This document shows, piece by piece, positions 1 to 8,889 of a stretch of DNA of 32,000 nucleotides (within the stretch, counting starts at the first letter, position 1; the number at the start of each line of letters is the position of its first letter). Position numbers and translations under genes: made by a program. The stretch is from Pseudomonas aeruginosa (GTDB taxonomy: Bacteria; Pseudomonadota; Gammaproteobacteria; Pseudomonadales; Pseudomonadaceae), in NCBI RefSeq assembly GCF_001457615.1, contig NZ_LN831024.1, forward strand, positions 5,910,001 to 5,942,000, written 5' to 3'. Below the pieces are notes generated by a model. The model was given only the letters and a program-made list of their open reading frames with translations. It was not told where the DNA came from and did not search any database.

Positions 1-163
1 CCAGGCGCGCGCCGAGGCTGTGGAGAAGGACCAGGTCGTGGACGATATTGCCGAAATTGGGATGCTCCACCCCTTCGCCGGGGAGCATGACCACGAAGGT
101 GCGGTCCCGGTGCGAGTTGATGTAGGGCGAAGCGTGACGTAACCAGTTGACGTAGTCGGGCAT
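1..163 (-). CDS. argA: N-acetylglutamate synthase (amino-acid N-acetyltransferase), N-terminal part only, runs off the window
   Basis: Reverse-strand translation from the ATG at 163: MPDYVNWLRHASPYINSHRDRTFVVMLPGEGVEHPNFGNIVHDLVLLHSLGARL, the typical N-terminus of the amino-acid-kinase-like domain of ArgA. Not in the ORF track because it is open at the edge. Confidence 0.88.
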   Translation of the reverse strand, partial: MPDYVNWLRHASPYINSHRDRTFVVMLPGEGVEHPNFGNIVHDLVLLHSLGARL

Positions 164-499
164 GGTGGGGAAAGCCTGTCGTTTCGTGAGCGAGAGCAAA
201 GCGTGAGCGGCCGGGACGGCCCGAAGGGCGCCGTTATCGTCGTCGCAGCAACATCGACAGGCTTCTCCTCACTTTCTGGTTAACGAGACGGATGGATCAC
301 GCGCGAGTTTAAACCCTCGGCGGCCCCCCGGCCGCGGGATTCGACCATGGTACGGGGCGTGGGGCCGGAACGAACCGTTTTACCACTATTTCTGAAAAAA
401 ACTATCCGAAAACCCCGGTTAACTCGCGCAGCGCTTTTTCGCTAGGCTGCCTCGTTCGCCGTGCCGTCCGGCGCGCACCCACGCGAACGAGGAAAATCC

Positions 500-1201
500 A
501 TGAGCGAATACTTCCATCACGTCCTGGTCGGCCTGCTCGCCGTGCTCCCGGTAGCCAACCCGCTGACCAGCGTCTCGCTGCTGCTCGGCCTCGGCGGCAG
601 CCTGCCGCCGGCGGAGCGCAACCGGCAGATATTCAAGGCCAGCCTCTACGTGGCGCTGATCATGCTGGTCAGCTTCTACGGCGGCAGCCTGGTGATGCAG
701 GTGTTCGGCATCTCCATTCCCGGCCTGCGCATCGCCGGCGGGCTGATCGTCGCCTATATCGGCTTCACCATGCTGTTCCCCGCCACCACGCCGGACGAGA
801 CCGAAGTCCAGCACGACCTGCTGTCGGACGAGGAAAAGATCACCCCGCACTTCCGCGACCTGTCCTTCGTTCCGCTGGCCCTGCCGGGTACCGCGGGGCC
901 GGGGACCATCGCCCTGGTGGTCAGCTCGGCGTCGACGCTGCAATCCACCTACGGAAGCATTCCGCTGTTCATCCACCTCGCGGCGATCACCGTCACCCTG
1001 CTCACCGCGCTGATCTTCTGGATCGCCCTGCAAAGCTCCGGGCGCATCATGAAGTTCCTCGGCGAATCCGGGATCGACGCCATCTCGCGAGTGGTCGGCT
1101 TCCTGCTGGTGGCGATGGGCGTGCAGTTCGTCATCAACGGCGGCTTCGAGCTGGTCGCCGGCCACGCCGCGCTTCAGTCGGCGGCGGGCGTCAGGCAGTA
1201 A
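500..1201 (+). CDS. MarC-family integral membrane protein
   Basis: Track ORF 461..1201; likely start MSEYFHHVLVGLLAVLPVANPLTSVSLLLGLGG at 500 after AGGAA. Hydrophobic segments with the MarC-like P-N-P motif and AATTPDETEVQHDL loop. Confidence 0.85.
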   Translation: MSEYFHHVLVGLLAVLPVANPLTSVSLLLGLGGSLPPAERNRQIFKASLYVALIMLVSFYGGSLVMQVFGISIPGLRIAGGLIVAYIGFTMLFPATTPDETEVQHDLLSDEEKITPHFRDLSFVPLALPGTAGPGTIALVVSSASTLQSTYGSIPLFIHLAAITVTLLTALIFWIALQSSGRIMKFLGESGIDAISRVVGFLLVAMGVQFVINGGFELVAGHAALQSAAGVRQ

Positions 1202-2328
1202 TGCTGGATCAGCCGGCGCAGCACGCCGACCATCGGTTCGATACGCGCCAGTTCGAGGTGCTCGTCGGGCTGGTGGGCACAGGCGATGTCGCCGGCGCCG
1301 AGGACCAGGGTCTCGCTGCCCAGGCGCTGGAAGTACGGCGCCTCGGTACCGAACGCCACGGCCTCGGCGCGATGCCCGGTCAGGCGTTCGGCGACGCGTA
1401 CCAGTTCGCTGTCCTGCGCCTGTTCGAACGGCGGCACGGCAGGGAACAGCGGCTGGTAGTCGATGCTCACCTTGTGCCGTTCGGCCAGCGGCCGCAGGCG
1501 CTGGCGGATCGCCTCGCGCAACTGCTCGGGCTGCATGCCGGGTAGCGGGCGCAGGTCGAATTCCAGCGAACACTGGCCGCAGATGCGGTTGGGATTGTCG
1601 CCGCCGTGGATGCAACCGAAGTTCAGGGTCGGCTGGGGCACGCTGAACTGCGGGTTGTTCCAGGCCTGCTGCCATTCCCCGCGCAGAGCCATCAGCTCGC
1701 CGATGGTCGCGTGCATCGCCTCCAGGGCGCTGCGCCCGAGGTTCGGATCGGACGAATGGCCGCTCTGCCCGAGAATCTCGATGCGCTCCATCATCACCCC
1801 CTTGTGCAGGCGGATCGGCCGCAGATTGGTCGGCTCGCCGATCACCGTGGCGCGCCCCAGCGGCCGCCCGCTTTCGGCGAGGGCACGGGCGCCGGCCATC
1901 GAGCTTTCCTCGTCGCAGGTGGCGAGGATCATCAGCGGCTGGCGGAACGGCTGGTCGAGCAGCGGCAGCAAGGCCTCGATGGCCAGCGGGAAGAAGCCCT
2001 TCATGTCGCAACTGCCGAGGCCGTACCAGCGGCCGTCGCGCTCGTCCAGGCGCAGCGGATCGCTGCTCCACAGCGCTTCGTCGTAGGGCACGGTATCGGT
2101 GTGGCCGGCCAGCACCAGCCCGCCGGGACCGCTGCCGTAGCTGGCCAGCAGGTTGAACTTGCCCGGCGAGACTTCCCGGATCTCGCAGCGGAAGCCTAGA
2201 TCGCCCAGCCAGGAGGCCAGCAGGTCGACCACCGGGCGGTTGGTCTGGTCCAGCTCGGGCTGGGTGCAACTGACGGAAGACGCGGCGATCAGCGCGCCGA
2301 ACTGGTCTTTCAGAGACGGCAACGGCAT
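1174..2328 (-). CDS. argE: Acetylornithine deacetylase (M20 peptidase family)
   Basis: ORF 1174..2340; start chosen at MPLPSLKDQF. M20 motifs GLVLAGHTDTVPYD, YGLGSCDMKGF, ATCDEESSMAGARAL, GQSGHSSDP. Confidence 0.9.
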   Translation of the reverse strand: MPLPSLKDQFGALIAASSVSCTQPELDQTNRPVVDLLASWLGDLGFRCEIREVSPGKFNLLASYGSGPGGLVLAGHTDTVPYDEALWSSDPLRLDERDGRWYGLGSCDMKGFFPLAIEALLPLLDQPFRQPLMILATCDEESSMAGARALAESGRPLGRATVIGEPTNLRPIRLHKGVMMERIEILGQSGHSSDPNLGRSALEAMHATIGELMALRGEWQQAWNNPQFSVPQPTLNFGCIHGGDNPNRICGQCSLEFDLRPLPGMQPEQLREAIRQRLRPLAERHKVSIDYQPLFPAVPPFEQAQDSELVRVAERLTGHRAEAVAFGTEAPYFQRLGSETLVLGAGDIACAHQPDEHLELARIEPMVGVLRRLIQHYCLTPAAD

Positions 2329-2427
2329 GGGACCCTCCACACGGATCGAGCCCCATCATGGCCTATCGCGGCGGTGGATAAAACCGTCCGTTCCGGTTCC
2401 GCCTGCGCCAGCCGACGAAGACCGAGC

Positions 2428-3696
2428 TCAGGCGCCGAACAGCGCGCGCAGGACCAGGAAGAACAGGATCGCCAGCAACGCGCCGGCCGGCAGGGTCACT
2501 ACCCAGGACAGGAAGATCGAGCCGATCACCCGCAGGTTGAGCGCGCCGATACCGCGCGCCATGCCGATGCCGAGCACCGCGCCGACCAGGGTATGGGTAG
2601 TGGACACCGGCAGGCCGATGGCCGAGGCGCCAACCACCGTGGAGGCGGTCGCCAGCTCGGCGGCGAAGCCGCGGCTGGGGGTCAGCTCGGTGATCTCCCG
2701 GCCGATGGTCGCGATCACCCGGTAGCCATAGGTAGCCAGGCCGATGACGATGCCCACCGCACCCAGCAGCAGTACCCAGGACGGCACCGGTGAGCGGGTC
2801 ACCAGTTCCAGGTCGCCGCCGGCCTGGACCACCGCGACGACCGCCGCCACCGGGCCGATGGCGTTGGCCACGTCGTTGGCGCCATGGGCGAAAGCCATGG
2901 AGCAGGCGGTGAAGATCATCAGCACCGCGAAGACCCGCTCGACGCTGGCGAAGCCGCCACGCGGATCGGCTCCGCCAGTGGGTCGGATGCGCAACAGCAG
3001 GACGATGCCCAGGCCCATCACCAGGCCACCGGCGAGCAACGCCAGGCCCAGCGTCTGGATGCCGGAAAGCTCCAGGCCGACATGCTTCAGGCCCTTGCCG
3101 ACGGTCATCAGCGCGACCATGAAGCCCGCCAGGAACATGTACAGCGGCACGTAGCGGCGCGCGCTGCGGAACGGGTCCTCGGCATGCAGTACCAGCCACT
3201 GCACGCTCCTGAACAGGGCGAAGGCGAGCAGCCCGGACAGCACCGGCGTCACCACCCAACTGGCGACGATCGGGCCGATCGCGCCCCAGTGCACCGCGTG
3301 CACCGAGACACCGACCGAGGCGAAGCCGATGATCGCGCCGACGATGGAGTGGGTGGTCGACACCGGCCAGCCCTTGATCGTCGCCAGCAACAGCCAGACC
3401 CCGGCGGCCAGCAAGGCCGAGAGCATGCCGAAGACCAGCAGGTCGGGGGTCATGTACTGCGGGTCGACGATGCCGCTCCTGATCGTTTCGGTGACTTCGC
3501 CACCAGCGAAATAGGCACCGCAGAACTCGAAGACCATGGCCACCAGGATCGCCTGGCGGATGGTCAGAGCGCGCGAGCCCACCGAAGTGCCCATGGCGTT
3601 GGCGACGTCGTTGGCGCCGACGCCCCAGGCCATGAAGAAACCGAACAGGCAGGCGAGTACGAGGAAGGCGAAGCCGTGGTCGGCGATCAGGGACAT
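2428..3696 (-). CDS. Inorganic phosphate transporter, PiT family
   Basis: Inside track ORF 2428..4650; real start MSLIADHGFAFLVLACLFGFFMAWGVGANDVANAMGTSVGS at 3696. Duplicated signatures GANDVANAMG/GANDVANAIG and WPVSTTHSIVGAI/LPVSTTHTLVGAV. Confidence 0.93.
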   Translation of the reverse strand: MSLIADHGFAFLVLACLFGFFMAWGVGANDVANAMGTSVGSRALTIRQAILVAMVFEFCGAYFAGGEVTETIRSGIVDPQYMTPDLLVFGMLSALLAAGVWLLLATIKGWPVSTTHSIVGAIIGFASVGVSVHAVHWGAIGPIVASWVVTPVLSGLLAFALFRSVQWLVLHAEDPFRSARRYVPLYMFLAGFMVALMTVGKGLKHVGLELSGIQTLGLALLAGGLVMGLGIVLLLRIRPTGGADPRGGFASVERVFAVLMIFTACSMAFAHGANDVANAIGPVAAVVAVVQAGGDLELVTRSPVPSWVLLLGAVGIVIGLATYGYRVIATIGREITELTPSRGFAAELATASTVVGASAIGLPVSTTHTLVGAVLGIGMARGIGALNLRVIGSIFLSWVVTLPAGALLAILFFLVLRALFGA

Positions 3697-3740
3697 GGGC
3701 GGTATCCGTGTGCAGGCAGGGTCGGAAAGAAGACCGGCGC

Positions 3741-4418
3741 TCACCGCGCCAGCAATTGCTCCAAGCGGTTGCCGACCCGCTGGGCGCGGTCGGCGACATC
3801 GCCGATCCATTCGATGATCTGGTAGAGGAACATCACGTCCACCGGCGGCAGCTCGCTTTCCAGGCGGAACAGCTCGCGGCGCACCTCGACCTGGATGCGG
3901 TCGGTGTCGTTCTCGATCGCCTCGAGTTCCTCCACCATGCTCTCCACCAGGCTGGTCTCGCGCCCGCCGAAGCCGGTCTCGAGCAGTTCGTTGAGTTCGT
4001 TGACCACCCGCAACGCCTGGGCGCTGGCGTCCACCGAGCGCTGCACATAGGCGAGCATCTGGCCCTGTAGCGGCAACGGGATGCGCATGCGCCGGCCCAG
4101 CATCAGCCCGACGATGTCCTTGGCGCGATTGGCGACTTTGTCCTGTACACTGAGCAGCTCCAACAGATCGGAGCGCGGCACCGGAAGGAACAGGCTCTTG
4201 GGCAGGTGCATCCGGACGTTCTTCTTCAGCCGATCGGCTTCCTGCTCCAGTCGCACCATGTCCTGCTGAACCTGTTCGACCTGCGCCCAGTCCTCGGCGA
4301 TCACCGCGCGGAAGAACGGCAACAGGCCGGCCGCGCATTCGTGGGCCTTGGCGATGTGCTGCTGCATCGGCCCGATCGGCGAACGGCCGAACAGGCTGAT
4401 GAACGGATTGGTCGGCAT
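3741..4418 (-). CDS. DUF47 / PhoU-like phosphate transport accessory protein (TIGR00153-like)
   Basis: Start MPTNPFISLFGRSPIGPMQQHIAKAHEC at 4418; helical protein with KKNVRMHLPKSLFLPVPRSDLLELLSVQDKVANRAKDI; 44 nt upstream of the PiT gene, same strand. Confidence 0.9.
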   Translation of the reverse strand: MPTNPFISLFGRSPIGPMQQHIAKAHECAAGLLPFFRAVIAEDWAQVEQVQQDMVRLEQEADRLKKNVRMHLPKSLFLPVPRSDLLELLSVQDKVANRAKDIVGLMLGRRMRIPLPLQGQMLAYVQRSVDASAQALRVVNELNELLETGFGGRETSLVESMVEELEAIENDTDRIQVEVRRELFRLESELPPVDVMFLYQIIEWIGDVADRAQRVGNRLEQLLAR

Positions 4419-4531
4419 GGAACGCCTCCCTGGTGGAAATGCCGAAAAGTATAGGCCACCCACCCCGCGCGCCTTTGATCTGGAACACCTTCACCCGCGG
4501 ACGCCTGGCGTCCCGAGCCGGACATCGCCCC

Positions 4532-5896
4532 ATGCAGAAAGAAACCGAAATCAAACTCCGCGTCAGCCGCGCCACCCTGGAAGCCTTGCAGGAGCACCCG
4601 TTGCTGAAGAAGCGCAACAAATCGGGCTGGGAGCGCCGCGAACTGTACAACCAGTACTACGACACCCCCGGCCGCGAGCTGGCCCGGGCCAAGGTCGCGC
4701 TGCGCATGCGCCGCGACGGCGAGCAGTACATCCAGACGCTGAAAAGCCGCGGGCAGAGCGTGGCCGGGTTGTCCGAACGCAACGAGTGGGACTGGTACCT
4801 GGAAAAGAACAAGCTCGACCTGAAGAAACTCGACGACAAGTGCTGGCCGGCGGCCCTCAAGGATCTCGACAAGAAGCAGCTCAAGCCGATCTTCAGCACC
4901 GACTTCGTCCGCCAGCGCGCCGAGATCGCCTGGGGCCGCGGCAAGGCCAGGGTAGTCGTGGAGGCGGCGCTCGACCTGGGCAAGGTGGTCGCCGGCGACA
5001 ACCAGGAGGAAATCTGCGAACTGGAGCTGGAACTGCGCCAGGGCGATGCCGCCGCGCTGCTGGAGCTGGCCGCGGAACTGGCCGCCGACCTGCCGCTGAT
5101 GCCCTGCGACATCAGCAAGGCCGAGCGCGGCTACCGCCTGTTCGATCCGAACAGCTACGAGGTCGATCCCCCGGCCCAGAAACTGCTGGCGGAAACCCCG
5201 CTGGACGGTGCCTTCGCCGCCATCGCCTGGTACCTGCTCGGCAGCAGCCAGCGACTGGCCGAACAGTATCGCTTCAACGGCCACTGGCGCCTGCTGGAGG
5301 ACTGGCTGCAACACCTGCAGGACCTGCGTACCCTGCTCGGCAGCCTCGGCCAGGCGGTGCCACGCGCCAGCAGTCGCGAGCTGCGCGAAGCGCTGGACGC
5401 TCTCCTCGCCGACTGGGCGCCGCGCATCGAGCGCGGCCGTGACGACGAGACGCTACGCCAGCAGGCGCCGCAACTGTTCCGCGGCGAACTCGACGAGACC
5501 CGCTGGGGCCTGTTCTCCCTGAATGCCTCGCGCTGGCTGCTGGCCAAGGCCTGGACCGAGTCGCGCAACGAGCGCGGCAACCGCCAGGGCTCTGCCGCGC
5601 TGGGCAAGTGGCTGCTGCGCAGCCTTGCCGAAGAAGCCCAGGCCACGCCGCTGGCGCGCGCCCACCAGCATCCCGAGCTGCTCCCCGACCAAGCGCCGCG
5701 CCTGCAGCGCATGCTTACCTGGTTGCGCCTGGCGCGCGGCGTGCTCGACCTGCCGGAAGCCGACCGCCTCTACGGCGAACTGGCCAAGTTGCTGGAGCTG
5801 CTGCGGCAACCTGTCGATGCCGAGCGCCTGGCTGCCCGCGCCACGCAGGCCCATACTGTGCTGACGCTCAAACCCTGGAAGGCGCTGATGAAATAA
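4532..5896 (+). CDS. CYTH-CHAD domain protein (inorganic triphosphatase-like)
   Basis: Start MQKETEIKLRVS at 4532 with the CYTH ExExK motif (ETEIK); C-terminal half is Arg/Leu/His-rich helical (LLEDWLQHLQDLRTLLGSLGQ), CHAD-like. Confidence 0.85.
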   Translation: MQKETEIKLRVSRATLEALQEHPLLKKRNKSGWERRELYNQYYDTPGRELARAKVALRMRRDGEQYIQTLKSRGQSVAGLSERNEWDWYLEKNKLDLKKLDDKCWPAALKDLDKKQLKPIFSTDFVRQRAEIAWGRGKARVVVEAALDLGKVVAGDNQEEICELELELRQGDAAALLELAAELAADLPLMPCDISKAERGYRLFDPNSYEVDPPAQKLLAETPLDGAFAAIAWYLLGSSQRLAEQYRFNGHWRLLEDWLQHLQDLRTLLGSLGQAVPRASSRELREALDALLADWAPRIERGRDDETLRQQAPQLFRGELDETRWGLFSLNASRWLLAKAWTESRNERGNRQGSAALGKWLLRSLAEEAQATPLARAHQHPELLPDQAPRLQRMLTWLRLARGVLDLPEADRLYGELAKLLELLRQPVDAERLAARATQAHTVLTLKPWKALMK

Positions 5897-5933
5897 GCTT
5901 CGCCGCTACCGCCATCATCCGAAGGGAGTCTGC

Positions 5934-7718
5934 ATGTCCGTGTTCGCCACCGCCGCCCAGGACCGCCTGCTGGACCTCGGCGACCTGCTCCGCGAGCTGG
6001 TCGCCCAGGGCCGGGTCGGGCAGGAGCAGGCCGAACAGTGCCTGGCGATCCGCCGCAGCGCGGTGCGCAACCAGCAGCATCCGCTGGAGTTCCTCGCCGC
6101 GCAGCAGGTCGAGGATCTCAAGCGCCCCGGACGCAAGCTCGACCTGGAGACCCTCACCCAGTGGCTGGCCGAGTACGCCGGCCAGCCCTACCTGCGCATC
6201 GACCCGCTGAAGATCGACGTCGCCGCGGTGACTCCGCTGATGTCCTACGCCTTCGCCCAGCGCCATGGCATCCTCGCCGTCGCGCTGAGTCCGGAGGAAG
6301 TCACCATCGCCAGCGCCCAGCCCTTCGTACAGGGCTGGGAAAGCAACCTGGTGCATGTGCTCAAGCGACCGATCAAGCGGGTGGTGGCGAACCCGGCGGA
6401 CATCCAGCGCTACACCGTCGAGTTCTTCCGCCTGGCCCGCTCGGTCAGCGGCGCCACCTCGCCGGACCAGAAGATCAGCGGCGTCGGCAACTTCGAGCAG
6501 TTGCTCAACCTCGGCGCCGCCGACCAGGAGCCGGACGCCAACGACGCGCACATCGTCACCATCGTCGACTGGCTGTTCCAGTACGCCTTCCAGCAGCGCG
6601 CCAGCGACATCCACATCGAGCCGCGCCGCGAGCAGGGCACCGTGCGCTTCCGTATCGACGGCGTGCTGCACAACGTCTACCAGTTCCCGCCGCAGGTGAC
6701 CATGGCGGTGGTCAGCCGCCTGAAGTCGCTGGGACGGATGAACGTGGCGGAGAAACGCAAGCCGCAGGACGGCCGGGTCAAGACCAAGACCCCGGACGGC
6801 GCCGAGGTGGAGCTGCGCCTGTCGACCCTGCCCACCGCCTTCGGCGAGAAGATGGTGATGCGCATCTTCGACCCCGAGGTGCTGCTCAAGAGCTTCGACC
6901 AGCTCGGCTTCTCCGCCGACGACCTGCGCCGCTGGCAGAGCATGACCAGCCAGCCCAACGGCATCATCCTGGTCACCGGCCCCACCGGCTCGGGCAAGAC
7001 CACCACGCTCTACACCACGCTCAAGCAACTGGCCACCGATGAGGTGAACGTCTGCACCATCGAGGACCCGATCGAGATGATCGAGCCCTCGTTCAACCAG
7101 ATGCAGGTCCAGCACAACATCGACCTGACCTTCGCCAGCGGCGTACGCGCCCTGCTGCGGCAGGACCCGGACATCATCATGGTCGGCGAGATCCGCGACC
7201 TGGAGACCGCCGAGATGGCGATCCAGGCGGCGCTCACCGGGCACCTGGTGCTCTCCACCCTGCACACCAACGACTCCCCCACGGCGATCACCCGCCTGCT
7301 CGAACTGGGCGTACCCTACTACCTGATCCGCGCCACGGTGCTAGGGGTCATGGCCCAGCGCCTGGTGCGCACGCTCTGCCCGCACTGCAAGGCGCCGATG
7401 CAACTGGCGGACAGCGACTGGCACGAACTGACCCGCCCCTGGAGCGCCCCGCCGCCCAGCGGCGCGCACCAGGCCGTGGGTTGCCTGGAGTGCCGCGACA
7501 CCGGCTATCGCGGGCGCGCCGGCGTCTATGAAATCATGCTGCTCAGCGATAGCCTGAAAGAACTGATCACCGCCGACACCGACCTGGTCGCCCTGCGCCG
7601 CCAGGCGTACAAGGAAGGCACCCGCAGCCTGCGCCTGTCCGGCGCGCAGAAGGTCGCCGCAGGTATCAGTACGCTGGAGGAAGTACTGCGGGTGACCCCG
7701 CAGAGCGAACAGAAGTAG
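5934..7718 (+). CDS. Type II secretion / type IV pilus-type assembly ATPase (GspE/PilB superfamily)
   Basis: Walker A GPTGSGKTTTLYTTLK, Asp box, Walker B region IIMVGEIRDLETAEMAIQAALTGHLVLSTLHTND, C-terminal zinc-type CPHC...CLEC motif. Confidence 0.9.
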   Translation: MSVFATAAQDRLLDLGDLLRELVAQGRVGQEQAEQCLAIRRSAVRNQQHPLEFLAAQQVEDLKRPGRKLDLETLTQWLAEYAGQPYLRIDPLKIDVAAVTPLMSYAFAQRHGILAVALSPEEVTIASAQPFVQGWESNLVHVLKRPIKRVVANPADIQRYTVEFFRLARSVSGATSPDQKISGVGNFEQLLNLGAADQEPDANDAHIVTIVDWLFQYAFQQRASDIHIEPRREQGTVRFRIDGVLHNVYQFPPQVTMAVVSRLKSLGRMNVAEKRKPQDGRVKTKTPDGAEVELRLSTLPTAFGEKMVMRIFDPEVLLKSFDQLGFSADDLRRWQSMTSQPNGIILVTGPTGSGKTTTLYTTLKQLATDEVNVCTIEDPIEMIEPSFNQMQVQHNIDLTFASGVRALLRQDPDIIMVGEIRDLETAEMAIQAALTGHLVLSTLHTNDSPTAITRLLELGVPYYLIRATVLGVMAQRLVRTLCPHCKAPMQLADSDWHELTRPWSAPPPSGAHQAVGCLECRDTGYRGRAGVYEIMLLSDSLKELITADTDLVALRRQAYKEGTRSLRLSGAQKVAAGISTLEEVLRVTPQSEQK

Positions 7719-7939
7719 CGGCACATCCCGTCGGCGGAGTTCCGACGGTTGCACGGCACAACGCCGGACGGGCCTGCCAGGCCCACAGACAAGGATGTAG
7801 ACGATGACGAGCGTTACCCCCGCCGTCCCCGCGCCGACGCTCCCCAGCCGTGGCGCACCGCACCTGCGGCGAGCCGCGAGCGGCGTCCCTGGCCCGATAT
7901 GGCTCGGCCGGCCGCCGAGCCGGCGCTGAGGGCCGGCCG

Positions 7940-8392
7940 ATGGAAATCCTGCTGCTACGCCTGGACTTCTGGGACTGGCTGGCCTTCGGTACCGTCCTCC
8001 TGCTCCTGGAAATCTTCGGTGCCGGCGGCTATCTGCTGCGGGTCGGCCTCACCGCCGCTTGTGTCGGTGCGCTCGACGCGCTCCTGCCGGGACTGGCCTG
8101 GCCTTGGCAGGTAGGGCTGTTCGTCCTGCTCTCCGGGCTGGTCGCCGCCTTGCATCGGCGCCGTCGCCGCAAGGCCGGTAGCGTCGAGGAAACGCCAGGG
8201 TTGCAGCGACGCGGCGACGACCTGTTCGGCCGCACCTTTCCCTTGCACCGGGCGATCGTCGGCGGGCTCGGCGAGCTGCGCGTCGAGGACGCGTCGTGGC
8301 TGGTCAGCGGTCCCGACCTGCCGCGCGGCGCCCTGGTCCGGGTCACCGGCCAGGACGGCGCCCTGCTGCACGTCGAGCCTGCCGCGCCCTGA
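7940..8392 (+). CDS. NfeD-like membrane protein
   Basis: Start MEILLLRLDFWDWLAFGTVLLLLEIFGAGGYLLRVG at 7940; hydrophobic N-terminal half and a short C-terminal OB-like segment (ELRVEDASWLVSGPDLPRGALVRVTGQDGALLHVEP). Confidence 0.75.
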   Translation: MEILLLRLDFWDWLAFGTVLLLLEIFGAGGYLLRVGLTAACVGALDALLPGLAWPWQVGLFVLLSGLVAALHRRRRRKAGSVEETPGLQRRGDDLFGRTFPLHRAIVGGLGELRVEDASWLVSGPDLPRGALVRVTGQDGALLHVEPAAP

Positions 8393-8523
8393 ATCGCTGT
8401 AGCTCCCGGCCGGCGGGGGCTGTACGGCAGCGGAAAAAGCGACCGGACGGTCATCCCCGCTGGAACTCCGGGACGGCAAACGCGATCTGATGTAACACGC
8501 AGCCCCCTATCAGGAGTTCCCCC

Positions 8524-8853
8524 ATGCGTTCCGTCAAACTCGCCGCCACCACCCTGGTCATCGCCGCCCTGCCGCTGGGCTCGGCCATGGCCGATACCTT
8601 CTGGCGCAACATCATTTCCTCGGGTGCCACCACGGCCTCCACCTACCTGACCTTCCGCCACGACCACAAGCTGATCGTCGCCGCGCAGGACGACGCCGGC
8701 AGCTACATCGCCAGCGACGGCGCGATCCGCGGGCCGTACCTGGAAGCCGCCCTGCAGAAGCTGCGCAACGACAACCCGGACCTGCAGGCCAGCGACATGG
8801 AACTGGCCAGCGCGATCCTCGCCGGCGGCGAGCAGTCCGCCGTCCAGCAGTAG
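8524..8853 (+). CDS. DUF2388-type small secreted/periplasmic protein
   Basis: ORF 8524..8853 after GGAG; signal peptide MRSVKLAATTLVIAALPLGSAMA; mature domain DTFWRNIISSGATTASTYLTFRHDHKLIVAAQDDAGSYIASDGAIRGPYLEAAL resembles the DUF2388 family common in Pseudomonas. Confidence 0.8.
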   Translation: MRSVKLAATTLVIAALPLGSAMADTFWRNIISSGATTASTYLTFRHDHKLIVAAQDDAGSYIASDGAIRGPYLEAALQKLRNDNPDLQASDMELASAILAGGEQSAVQQ

Positions 8854-8861
8854 GCCACGGC

Positions 8862-8889
8862 GACCTCGCCTCCGCCCGGAGGCGAGGTC
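8862..8889. terminator. Perfect 12-bp hairpin between convergent genes, overlapping the gcvP stop codon
   Basis: GACCTCGCCTCC-GCCC-GGAGGCGAGGTC read directly; no clear T-tract on either side. Confidence 0.5.

Noticed and set aside
164-499. ArgR-type operator in the argA/marC-like divergent region (CTGTCGATGTTGCTGCGAC on the minus strand) and two GGTTAAC copies (278, 417)
   Set aside because: Only a partial match to the known P. aeruginosa ArgR consensus, and the GGTTAAC copies are short enough to be chance.
419-2359. 646-aa ORF across marC-like and argE genes
   Set aside because: Overlaps two well-supported genes and has a frame-shadow composition without recognisable motifs.
2363-3799. 478-aa minus-strand ORF overlapping the PiT gene
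   Set aside because: Alternative frame of the PiT coding sequence with Arg/Gly/Ala-rich nonsense composition.
8400-8430. GTAGCTCCCGGCCGGCGGGGGCTGTAC possible REP-like element or terminator
   Set aside because: Imperfect stem, no T-tract and no second copy seen in the window, so a repeat-family claim is unsupported.
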